From assembly GCA_043744495.1 (NCBI GenBank), contig JAYTUN010000162.1:1-53083 (forward strand): a DNA stretch of 53,083 nucleotides. The letters run 5' to 3'. Positions 20,735 to 29,367 of the stretch are shown here, in pieces; the stretch's first letter is position 1; every line of letters starts with the position of its first letter. The notes under the pieces are model-generated. The model was not told where the DNA came from. It worked only from the letters and a program-made list of their open reading frames with translations, and did no database searches. The stretch is from Ignavibacteria bacterium. GTDB taxonomy: Bacteria > Bacteroidota > Ignavibacteria > Tepidaquicellales > OLB5. The translations under genes were made by a program, and so were the position numbers.

Positions 20735-21013
20735 ATGCCAATAATAAAGCCAATATCAGCACTCAGGAATAAATCAAAGGAAATATCAAAGCTTGTTCAT
20801 GAAAGCCGCGAGCCGGTTTTTATTACAAAGAACGGCGAAGGTGATATGGTTCTGATGTCAATGCAGGAGTATAAGAATCTTATTGATGAAAAAGATTATG
20901 TTGGTAAATTACTTGAAGCTGAAGAAGATATTAAAAAGGGTGTTAAGACAATTCCTTCAAAACAGGTATTTTCTAATTTAAGAAAGAAGCATTTTGGAAA
21001 AAGAAAAGCTTGA
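20735..21013 (+). CDS. Phd/YefM-family antitoxin
   Basis: MPIIKPISALRNKSKEISKLVHESREPVFITKNGEGDMVLMSMQEYKNL, a typical Phd/YefM N-terminal fold. Confidence 0.85.
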   Translation: MPIIKPISALRNKSKEISKLVHESREPVFITKNGEGDMVLMSMQEYKNLIDEKDYVGKLLEAEEDIKKGVKTIPSKQVFSNLRKKHFGKRKA

Positions 21014-21308
21014 TATTCATTTTCTTCCACGTGCAGCTGATGATTTAGATGAGATAATAACTTTTATGCAGGTTGAAAACTACAGCACTAAAGATGTTTT
21101 CTTAAGGAATCTTGAAGCCTCAATTGACAAGCTGGCATTTTATCCGCATCTTGGACATTTATCAGAAAATAGAAAAATTGTTAAGTTAAATTTCAGAATC
21201 ATAAGATTTCAAAAATATTCAATTTATTATAAATTTGAAAATAAAGAGATATTGATTTGCAGAATTCTTCATAATTCAAGGGATCACATAAAAACATTAA
21301 ACAATTAA
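20994..21308 (+). CDS. ParE/RelE-superfamily toxin
   Basis: Overlaps the antitoxin 3' end by 20 nt. A.DDLDEII.F...and ILICRILHNSRD C-terminus typical of ParE-like toxins. TTG start. Confidence 0.75.
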   Translation: MEKEKLDIHFLPRAADDLDEIITFMQVENYSTKDVFLRNLEASIDKLAFYPHLGHLSENRKIVKLNFRIIRFQKYSIYYKFENKEILICRILHNSRDHIKTLNN

Positions 21309-21312
21309 TTCA

Positions 21313-21780
21313 ATGCCTAAAAAATTTAAGTATAACTGGAAAGAATTCGCATTACAGGCAGCATTTAAGTGAACGCCCGAAAAATTATATAAAATGTGGA
21401 CTGAACCTAAGCAATTATGCAAATGGTTTTTAACCTGCGCAAAAGTTGAGCTTAAAAAAGGGGGAGATTACATTTTTATGTGGGTCAATGATGCAAAAGA
21501 ATCAGGTAAAGTACTTGCTGTAAGGAAAAATTCACTTTTCAGGTTTACATTTGCGGGGTGCAAATGTGAAGTAAAGTTCAAAAAACGGGGGAAAGAGTGC
21601 ATTGTTAACTTAAGGCAGTATAACATTCCAATAGATGAGAAATATAAAGTTGGAACACATATGAGCTGCCAGATAGGATGGACATTTTTCTTCGCAAACC
21701 TGAAATCAGTACTGGAAACAGGAACAGACCTGTGGGAATTTGACCCCAAACACTTAAAAGAAGGAACGGTATTTTATTAA
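21313..21780 (+). pseudogene. SRPBCC/AHSA1-family protein interrupted by an in-frame TGA at 21370-21372
   Basis: ATG at 21313 gives MPKKFKYNWKEFALQAAFK-stop-TPEKLYKMWTEPKQLCKWF.., all in the frame of ORF 21394-21780. The segment across the stop fits the conserved N-terminal strand/helix of the family. Confidence 0.65.
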
Positions 21781-21909
21781 ATGATAAAGACATCAACTTT
21801 CCAGGTGCAGATAGTATCTCAGTAGTGCAATAACAAATAGTGATACACGACCGGATTTTTATATTCTATTTATCTCTAATTAACGATATTTTTGTAAATA
21901 ATATAAAAA

Positions 21910-22458
21910 ATGACACAAATTTTAGAGTCAAGATCGAATAAAATTGCCTTAACACTGCTTGTCATTTCTGTAGTATTCTGGCTGGGCGGCATTAATGTAA
22001 GGACACTGATAGGCAATGAGCTTTTAGATTATGACCAGTTTGATTTCAGGACATCAATTCCGCCGGATAGGGAAAACACGCTTTTCCAGATGATTTCAAA
22101 TGCATCTCTTGTTGTAGTTATAAGTTATGCTATAGTACTTTTATCCGCTATTTGGTTCCTTGTAACAACAAAGCTGAAGATGAAAGAAAATGGCTGGCTG
22201 TTAATGAGCGCAGTGCTGTTTTTTATGTTCGTTCCCGTTGAGATTTATACAAATTATCTTGATGTAAGATTTATGCTGCTTTTTCAGCAGGGTCCGCCAA
22301 ATCATGACGGGCTGCTAAAACTATTCGGGGAGCGAATAGGCGCCTTCCGGGGTGTGCCAGTAATTGCAGTGCTGTGCTATTATTCAATTATACCAATATG
22401 TATATTTAGGCCATTAAGAAAAGTTAAAGATACCCAAGTTAAGGATATAAAAGTTTAA
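21910..22458 (+). CDS. multi-pass membrane protein, unknown function
   Basis: 182-aa ORF with 4-5 hydrophobic segments. First gene of a tight three-gene string. Confidence 0.55.
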   Translation: MTQILESRSNKIALTLLVISVVFWLGGINVRTLIGNELLDYDQFDFRTSIPPDRENTLFQMISNASLVVVISYAIVLLSAIWFLVTTKLKMKENGWLLMSAVLFFMFVPVEIYTNYLDVRFMLLFQQGPPNHDGLLKLFGERIGAFRGVPVIAVLCYYSIIPICIFRPLRKVKDTQVKDIKV

Positions 22459-22464
22459 GATCCC

Positions 22465-22788
22465 ATGAAGAAAAAAAAGCAGGTTGATCCTGAATTAAAA
22501 CAAATGCTTGCAGAGCTTGAAGAAGTTGCCGGCAAGCTTGACTATAAAGTGCGCTACGAAAAAGGAAACTTTGAAGGCGGTTACTGCATCTTAAAGGAAT
22601 CAAGACTGCTTGTAGTTAACTCACGAAATGAAATTGAACGCAGAATAATAATTGTAGCCAAAAGCCTTAAGCTGATTGGCATTGATGATATTTTTGTAAA
22701 ACCGAATGTAAGAGAAATTATTGAAAAGGAAAGCCGTAGAAAGCTTGCCAGTGATGAAGAAGTAGCCGAAACTGCGGAGACTAAATGA
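22465..22788 (+). CDS. hypothetical small soluble protein
   Basis: 107-aa ORF, 7 nt after the previous stop, overlapping the next gene by 4 nt. Confidence 0.5.
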   Translation: MKKKKQVDPELKQMLAELEEVAGKLDYKVRYEKGNFEGGYCILKESRLLVVNSRNEIERRIIIVAKSLKLIGIDDIFVKPNVREIIEKESRRKLASDEEVAETAETK

Positions 22789-23582
22789 GGGTAACTGTTC
22801 TGGGAAGCGGTACATCACAGGGAATTCCAATAATTGGTTGTAAATGCCCCGCATGTTCATCACGCAATCCAAAGGATAAAAGATTAAGAGTTTCAATATT
22901 TATAGAAACAGATATTACACTTAACAACCAAAAGGTTTTAAACAAACCCTTAAGAATATTAATTGATACTTCGCCTGATTTCAGACAGCAGATGCTCCTT
23001 AACAATATCACAGATATTGATGCAATATTATACACTCATTACCATATTGATCACATTATGGGGCTTGATGATATCCGCCAGATAAACCAGCTTCAGAAAA
23101 AATATGTTGAAATTTATGCAAATCTTGAAACTGCTCAAAAAATAAAGCAAACATTCAGCTATATATTTGATGAAAATACCTTTAAAGGGGGTGGAATTCC
23201 GCTTGTAAATCTGCATGAAATTAATCTGAAGCCATTTGATGTAATGGGTCAAAAAATTATACCAATTGAATATATGCATGGTCCAACAACAGTGTATGGA
23301 TTCAGAATTGGTGATATTGCATATATGACTGACTGTAATTATATCCCTGAGCAGGAATATGAAAAATTAATAGAATTGAAAGTTCTTATACTTGATGCAT
23401 TAAGATACCGATGGCACGAAACACATTTTTCAATTGATGAAGCTGTAGCGGTTGCGCAAAAAATTAACGCCCAGCAAACGTATTTTACACACATGACGCA
23501 TGATTTAGTTCATGATGAGGCAAATAAAAAACTTCCATCACGTATAGAGCTTGCGTATGACGGGTTGACATTTGAGGTTTGA
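22785..23582 (+). CDS. MBL-fold metallo-hydrolase (PhnP-like)
   Basis: GSGTSQGIP..GCKCPACSS Zn-ribbon insert and HYHIDH (HxHxDH) motif. Confidence 0.8.
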   Translation: MRVTVLGSGTSQGIPIIGCKCPACSSRNPKDKRLRVSIFIETDITLNNQKVLNKPLRILIDTSPDFRQQMLLNNITDIDAILYTHYHIDHIMGLDDIRQINQLQKKYVEIYANLETAQKIKQTFSYIFDENTFKGGGIPLVNLHEINLKPFDVMGQKIIPIEYMHGPTTVYGFRIGDIAYMTDCNYIPEQEYEKLIELKVLILDALRYRWHETHFSIDEAVAVAQKINAQQTYFTHMTHDLVHDEANKKLPSRIELAYDGLTFEV

Positions 23583-23599
23583 AGACACTCAACACTAAA

Positions 23600-23633
23600 C
23601 TTTCAAATAGCGAAAGTCAGGGACACAAAGAAG
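23600..23633 (-). repeat. F2 core copy (ttctttgtgtccctgactttcgctatttgaaag)
   Basis: The reverse complement of 23600-23633 matches the F2 core with one or two mismatches. Confidence 0.75.
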
Positions 23634-23794
23634 TAAGATTTAAAACCTGTCAGGTTTTTCAACTTAGAAATTGTTAGACTTAAAGTTTAAAAGTGTTTTT
23701 TAAGTTTAAACCTGACAGGTTTATAGGATAATTTTGCAATATTACATAAGAATAAGCTTAGTGTTCTCAGTACCTAAGTGGTGAGAAAAAGAAT

Positions 23795-24487
23795 ATGAAA
23801 ATAGAAAATTTAGAAGAAATTTGGGCGCAGATAAGGCTTGTAATTAAATCGCACCCATGGCATGGAGTGCTGATTGGCAACAACATGCCCGCTGTTGTGA
23901 ATACTTATATAGAAATAGTGCCAACTGATACTGTTAAATATGAAATTGAAAAGAACAGCGGTTATTTAAAAGTTGACAGACCCCAGAAATATTCTAATAT
24001 CTGTCCAACTCCGTATGGATTTATTCCGCAGACGCTTTGCGGTGAAAAAACTGCTGAGTTTTGCATGGAAAAAACCGGAAGAACAGGAATAAAAGGAGAT
24101 GGCGACCCATTGGATATTTGCGTACTTACAGAAAAGGAAATAACACACAGTGATATTTTCCTTAAAGCTGTGCCAATTGGCGGATTACGTATGATAGACG
24201 GCAATGAGGCTGATGATAAGATAATTGCTGTGATGCAGGGTGATGGAATTTTCGGTCATTGGATAGATATTACAGATGCGCCTTATTCACTCACCGAAAG
24301 ACTTAAACATTACTTTTTAACTTACAAAGATGCACCCGGCGCTGAGCATCGAAACTGCGAAATTACTCATGTTTACGGAAGAGAAGAAGCTCACGAAATT
24401 ATTAACAGAAGCTATGAGGATTACCTTGCGAAGTATGCGGATCTTGACAGGCTGCTGAGGATGGATAACCAGAGGAATAAGATGTAG
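23795..24487 (+). CDS. ppa: family I inorganic pyrophosphatase (long form)
   Basis: The GDGDPLDICVL signature matches D-x-D-P-x-D. Confidence 0.8.
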   Translation: MKIENLEEIWAQIRLVIKSHPWHGVLIGNNMPAVVNTYIEIVPTDTVKYEIEKNSGYLKVDRPQKYSNICPTPYGFIPQTLCGEKTAEFCMEKTGRTGIKGDGDPLDICVLTEKEITHSDIFLKAVPIGGLRMIDGNEADDKIIAVMQGDGIFGHWIDITDAPYSLTERLKHYFLTYKDAPGAEHRNCEITHVYGREEAHEIINRSYEDYLAKYADLDRLLRMDNQRNKM

Positions 24488-24634
24488 GGCGTTTAAATAA
24501 AATTTCCGCAAAGATATCAAACCACCACTATGGTTTAGCCCGGCTGTTGCCTGACTAGTTAATATCTCTGCGGAATAAAAATTAAACTTTTAACTTTTAA
24601 ACTTTCTAACTTTTAAACCTTTCAACTCTTTTTT

Positions 24635-25531
24635 TTACCATTCACCGAATGAAAAACTGTTCTGACCGGTGATCTTGTGTCCTGCAATGTTATCGGATAC
24701 CGACACAGTAAAACCTACAGAGTAGGGGGAATCTTCTTTGTTGGCTTTAAAGTTCTCAAATGCAGATTTACTTCCAAAATAATTCATTGTGACATCATAA
24801 ACTTTAACAGCAACTTCTTTCACAGTCACTCCAGTACTGAATTTTACATCAAGCTGTCCCGGAAAATCATCACTTATTGTTACCCTGTAGCAAACACTTC
24901 TCTGTAACTGGGTTACCCTGGTATCTTCACCCATTGAGGCAACTATCTGCATGTTGATCTTAGGCTTCTCATTAGGCTTTACATTTGCTGTTATGTTTTG
25001 ATCACCACCGGTAATTGTAACTACTGATTCACCGCCAAGCATAACTCTCCCTGTTGAGTGGGCTGCAATTGTAACACCTGCTATTGTTATAGGATAATCA
25101 TTCTGATTGTTTACAGTATTCTGGTGGAATTGGAACAGTTCAAGTTTACCAAGTACCATAGGTTTTATTGGCTTAACAGGGTCCACTTTAACAGGTGGTT
25201 GTGGGGGATTTGGGTCGGTTGGCGGGGGATTAGGGTTAATATCCCCAGGAATAATTTTGATCAATCCTACATACTTATCGGGATTTTTTTTGTATTCATC
25301 AATTGAAACAATCATAAACCGCGCAGTGTCAATTTCAATTAATCTGCTTGCTCTATCTCTATCAATTAAAACTTTCCCTGATGTATCAATATAAACATAG
25401 CCAGGCTCTATCATCTTCTTGATCTCAACAGCATCAAGATCAAGGTTGGCACCCTTGATGGCTATAACACAAACTACAAATATGTATAACGCCTGGTAAA
25501 TTATAAATTTTACGTCTTTTTGTTTTCTCAT
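24635..25531 (-). CDS. membrane-anchored secreted protein with Pro-rich linker, unknown function
   Basis: N-terminal TM segment, a NPNPPPTDPNPPQPPVKVDPVKPIKP linker and a beta-rich C-terminal domain. Lies downstream of the two-component genes on the same strand. Confidence 0.55.
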   Translation of the reverse strand: MRKQKDVKFIIYQALYIFVVCVIAIKGANLDLDAVEIKKMIEPGYVYIDTSGKVLIDRDRASRLIEIDTARFMIVSIDEYKKNPDKYVGLIKIIPGDINPNPPPTDPNPPQPPVKVDPVKPIKPMVLGKLELFQFHQNTVNNQNDYPITIAGVTIAAHSTGRVMLGGESVVTITGGDQNITANVKPNEKPKINMQIVASMGEDTRVTQLQRSVCYRVTISDDFPGQLDVKFSTGVTVKEVAVKVYDVTMNYFGSKSAFENFKANKEDSPYSVGFTVSVSDNIAGHKITGQNSFSFGEW

Positions 25532-25630
25532 GGTTGTTTAAGCACTTTATTGTTATACAAAAATAGCTTATTGCCCAACCTATTCAAATAGAGGGCTATA
25601 CCTGATTTTTCTAAGTAGAACTACTTAGGG

Positions 25631-26272
25631 TTAAACTAATGATTTATGCTGAATTGCGTATAAAAGAAGTGCATGCGGACCTTTTAATTCAAGCTTATTG
25701 CAAATATTGTTCCTGTGATTTTCAATAGTCCTTACGCTTCTGAAAAGCTCATCAGCTATCTGCGGGCTGGTTTTGTTAAGCGCAATAAGTTTTAATATTT
25801 GTTTTTCTGTTGGTGTTAATTTATATATATCATTTTCTTTTACTTCATGTTTATTTTTCTGAATAAGGTATCCTGAAATTGCTGTGCTGATATAATAATC
25901 ACCTGCGGCTACCTGTTTTATGCATCCAACAAGGTCGTTTGCAATGCTTTCCTTTAGCACATAAGCTTTTATATCAAGCTCAAGGGCTTCATCAAAGTAT
26001 TCTTTATCTTTATGAATAGTTAAAATAACTATTCTTGTTTTCGAACCGCTGCCTTTTAGTTTTCGTGCTACATCAAGTCCGCTGAGCAAAGGCATATCAA
26101 TATCAAGTATAGCGATATCAGGTTTTTTATCTTCAATTAACCTTAATGCTTCATCACCGTTTGATGCTTCGCCAAGCACTTCGATGGAATCATCTTCAGC
26201 CACAATACTCAATATGCCTTTGCGGAAAATGTGATGGTCATCTGCGATGATTAATTTTATTTTATTTTTCAA
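25631..26272 (-). CDS. NarL/LuxR-family response regulator
   Basis: REC domain (DDH..DIAILDIDMP) plus a C-terminal LuxR HTH (LTPTEKQILKLIA..SPQIADELFRSVRTIENHR). Confidence 0.9.
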   Translation of the reverse strand: MKNKIKLIIADDHHIFRKGILSIVAEDDSIEVLGEASNGDEALRLIEDKKPDIAILDIDMPLLSGLDVARKLKGSGSKTRIVILTIHKDKEYFDEALELDIKAYVLKESIANDLVGCIKQVAAGDYYISTAISGYLIQKNKHEVKENDIYKLTPTEKQILKLIALNKTSPQIADELFRSVRTIENHRNNICNKLELKGPHALLLYAIQHKSLV

Positions 26273-26282
26273 AATTAAGTTA

Positions 26283-26327
26283 AATTTATGAGATTGCTTC
26301 GTCCACGCCTGAGGCGGGCAGGCGCTT
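26283..26327. repeat. 45-bp repeat (aatttatgagattgcttcgtccacgcctgaggcgggcaggcgctt), copy 1
   Basis: Identical to 47502-47546. Lies in the 72-bp gap between the kinase stop and the regulator start. Confidence 0.9.
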
Positions 26328-26344
26328 ACGCTCCTCGCAAATGT

Positions 26345-27175
26345 TTATTTAATTGGTACAGTTATTTTAAACTTTGTACCTTTATCTTTTTCTGAGTTAA
26401 TCTTATAATCTGCTTTTATCATCCTTAATCTTTCTTCAATGTTAATAAGCCCAAAGCCAAGTTTTCCGGGATTTACAGCATCAAAGCCAACACCATCATC
26501 GTTTATTTCAGTTACTATGAACATTACGGACCTTCTCACATTAAACGTAACATTCTTCGCGCCGGAATGTTTCATAATGTTATTTAATACTTCCTGAACA
26601 ATACGAAAATACTGAACTTCATTTTCAGGTGAAAGTATGCTATCAATGTTTTCAATATTGCAATTAAACATTATTCCCGATGCCGAAGATACCCGTTCTA
26701 TCATTGCTTCAATTGAAACGGTTAACCCCAGTCTTTCAATTTGTTTGGGGTAGAGCTTTTGGGAAATTCTCCGCACTTCATCAATTGTTTCCACAACAAG
26801 CCCCGATGCCTGTGTGATCTTATCTGCTTGCTCCGGTCTTGAATTTATTTCCTGCTGCAGGAATATATTTATCGCGCTCAGGTTCTGTCCAATGCTGTCG
26901 TGCAGCTCCCCTGCAATTACTTTCCATTCTGATTCCTGCTGCTCTATAATTTTCTCTTTGAATTCCCCCAGCTCTTTTTTGTTCTTCTTTTTTGCATCAA
27001 TGTAATAGTATAATAATGCGCCTAGCGCCAGCAGTATTATTGCGCACATCCTCCAGAAGAACCACTGGGTTTGCCATATTGGCACGGGTGAGCTTTCAAC
27101 CTGATAATATGCGTCAATTACCAGCACAAGCAAAAGCAAGAAGATGATCCATACATAACCTGAGCGTTTAGCCAT
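26345..27175 (-). CDS. sensor histidine kinase (HisKA_3 / NarX-like)
   Basis: Two N-terminal TM segments, an H-box ELHDSIGQNL and an HATPase_c domain (NN..KHS, DDGVGF, GFGLINIEER). Confidence 0.88.
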   Translation of the reverse strand: MAKRSGYVWIIFLLLLVLVIDAYYQVESSPVPIWQTQWFFWRMCAIILLALGALLYYYIDAKKKNKKELGEFKEKIIEQQESEWKVIAGELHDSIGQNLSAINIFLQQEINSRPEQADKITQASGLVVETIDEVRRISQKLYPKQIERLGLTVSIEAMIERVSSASGIMFNCNIENIDSILSPENEVQYFRIVQEVLNNIMKHSGAKNVTFNVRRSVMFIVTEINDDGVGFDAVNPGKLGFGLINIEERLRMIKADYKINSEKDKGTKFKITVPIK

Positions 27176-27308
27176 ATCACAAAAATAAGGGATTTATTGT
27201 TTAATTTAAGTGGAGAATTTTCAATAGAATATTAATCGAATTGTTACGTAATTTATCTATTGTTATTTTTGTCTATTAGAAAAAAATAAAGTGAACATTA
27301 CATATTTT

Positions 27309-28343
27309 ATGAAAGCAGTAATACTAAGCGAAAACGGTGGCACAGATAAACTCATTTATACTGAAGATCATTCTATTCCTGAAATTAAGCCAAATGAAGT
27401 ACTTGTAAACATCAAAGTTACCACAATTAACAGGGCTGATATTGTCATACGCGGCGGGTATCCGGGTCTTTCGCTTAACTTTCCGCACATACTTGGCGGT
27501 GATATTACAGGATTTGTTTCAAAAATTGGCAGTAATATCAAGAATTTTAAAGAAGGCGATAGGGTAGTTGCATGGTCAATAGTTTCTGAAACTGATGATG
27601 ACTGGACAAGGCGAGGCAAAGCGGGGCAATCTCCAAATTGGCAGTATTTTGGTATGCACCGCGCAGGCTCATATGCTGAGTATTCAGCAGTGCCGGAATC
27701 ATCACTCATTAAACTTCCTGATAACGTTTCGTTTGAAGATGCGGCATGTCTGCCGGTTGCGGGCTTGACAGCATATCATGCAGTTAAAACTGTAGGTGAC
27801 TTGAAGAAAGGCGATAAATTCTTTATCTGGGGCGGTACAAGCGGACTTGGCATAATAGCCATTCAGCTAGCAAAAAGTATTGGCGCAGAGGTGTTCGCAA
27901 CTGCTGGATACCAACATAAAATTGATTTCCTAAAGCGAATGGGAGTGGATCATATCTTCAATCACAGGGATGGCTTGTCGGTTGATGATGAGGTAATGAA
28001 AATTACACAGGGAATGGGAATAGATGTGATACTTGATTATGTTGGACCCGAAGCATTCCCCAAAAATTTTAAGATGGTTAAAAAAGGCGGTAAGATACTT
28101 TTCTGTGGTATTCTGACCGGAAGAGAAGCGATGGTTTCATTGCATCAAACTTATCTTAGACATATAAGTCTATTAGGTTTATACCTTGGAGAGAAACGAG
28201 AACTTGAGGAACTGATAAAGCTTGTTTCAGAAGGAAGAGTAAAGCCGCATATAGGCGCTACGCTTGAATTGAAGGATGCCGCAAAGGCGCATGAGATGAT
28301 GGCTAAGGGCGATGTGATTGGTAAGATAGTGCTGAGGGTATAA
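27309..28343 (+). CDS. zinc-type alcohol dehydrogenase / quinone oxidoreductase (MDR family)
   Basis: MKAVIL.. start preferred over the GTG at 27291. GGTSGLGIIAIQLAK Rossmann motif. C-terminal GKIVL. Confidence 0.85.
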   Translation: MKAVILSENGGTDKLIYTEDHSIPEIKPNEVLVNIKVTTINRADIVIRGGYPGLSLNFPHILGGDITGFVSKIGSNIKNFKEGDRVVAWSIVSETDDDWTRRGKAGQSPNWQYFGMHRAGSYAEYSAVPESSLIKLPDNVSFEDAACLPVAGLTAYHAVKTVGDLKKGDKFFIWGGTSGLGIIAIQLAKSIGAEVFATAGYQHKIDFLKRMGVDHIFNHRDGLSVDDEVMKITQGMGIDVILDYVGPEAFPKNFKMVKKGGKILFCGILTGREAMVSLHQTYLRHISLLGLYLGEKRELEELIKLVSEGRVKPHIGATLELKDAAKAHEMMAKGDVIGKIVLRV

Positions 28344-28389
28344 AATATATCAGATTGTTTTATAAAAATGTAAATTCTAATTTGCATGA

Positions 28390-29361
28390 ATGAGTAGACG
28401 AAAGACAAAAAACAGGACAGGTATTGAAAGAATCCAGGGCATTCCCTTCCATGATGCTTGGGTTAGCTATGCTTGTTTAAATTGTAAACAACAAAATATC
28501 GAAAAAGTAGGGTTAAAACTAATAGACCCTCAAGATTCTTACGAAAACTCAAAATGGCTTTGCAAGAAATGTGGTTTTGAGCATTCTCAAAATTCAGATT
28601 TACCATTTGAACATTGGGATGAAGAATATCGGGTTACCGAATCAATAGTTGCTCAGCGCTTTTGGGAAGCCTTTTTTAGAATCTCGACCGAACACCAAGA
28701 TTCCTATTGGAAGCAATGTAATGTCTGTGGTCGAATTTTACCGTTTTCAGCTTTTAGTAAACATAGTGGTTGGGGTCCATTAGAAAGACAAATGGAATGT
28801 AGGAGTTGCAAGGGTGCAATAAATGCGGTCTTGAATCCCAAAAGAACCAAACAACAATTACATGAATCAAGTGTCAGAAGGAGGATTGCTGAATTATTAG
28901 TTGAAGGTGAAAACGAATTTATAGATATAAAAGAATTATTTAAAAGATTTGGTGGAAAATGTTTCAAAACAGGAGTAAAACTAAATATTAATAATAGAGA
29001 GAAATGGGATATAGATCATATACTTCCTTCTAAGTGGCTTTATCCCTTAAATAAAAGAAATGCAGCACTTCTTTCCAAAAATGCAAATAATAATAAAAGA
29101 TATAAATGGCCAAGTGAATATTATACTAATAATGAGTTAATTGAACTTGCAAAGTTAACAGGTGCTGATTTAGTTCTATTATCAAGTCGAACGCCTATAA
29201 TAAATACACAAATTGATGTTAATAAATGTGTAGAGCGTTATTTACAAGTCAGGGAGAAATCTTCTTTGCCTAAAAGAATTGTTGAATTAAAAAAAATTAT
29301 CGTTGATTATGGACTGATAAAAAAACTTACAAAAGCAAATAAAAACCTGCTAGGGTATTGA
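28390..29361 (+). CDS. HNH-family endonuclease with two CxxC..CxxC zinc ribbons (candidate restriction enzyme)
   Basis: CLNC..CKKC and CNVC..CRSC pairs, then an HNH-like WDIDHILPSKW..NAALLSKNANNNK. Convergent with the methyltransferase; the stops are 6 bp apart. Confidence 0.65.
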   Translation: MSRRKTKNRTGIERIQGIPFHDAWVSYACLNCKQQNIEKVGLKLIDPQDSYENSKWLCKKCGFEHSQNSDLPFEHWDEEYRVTESIVAQRFWEAFFRISTEHQDSYWKQCNVCGRILPFSAFSKHSGWGPLERQMECRSCKGAINAVLNPKRTKQQLHESSVRRRIAELLVEGENEFIDIKELFKRFGGKCFKTGVKLNINNREKWDIDHILPSKWLYPLNKRNAALLSKNANNNKRYKWPSEYYTNNELIELAKLTGADLVLLSSRTPIINTQIDVNKCVERYLQVREKSSLPKRIVELKKIIVDYGLIKKLTKANKNLLGY

Positions 29362-29367
29362 AGTATA

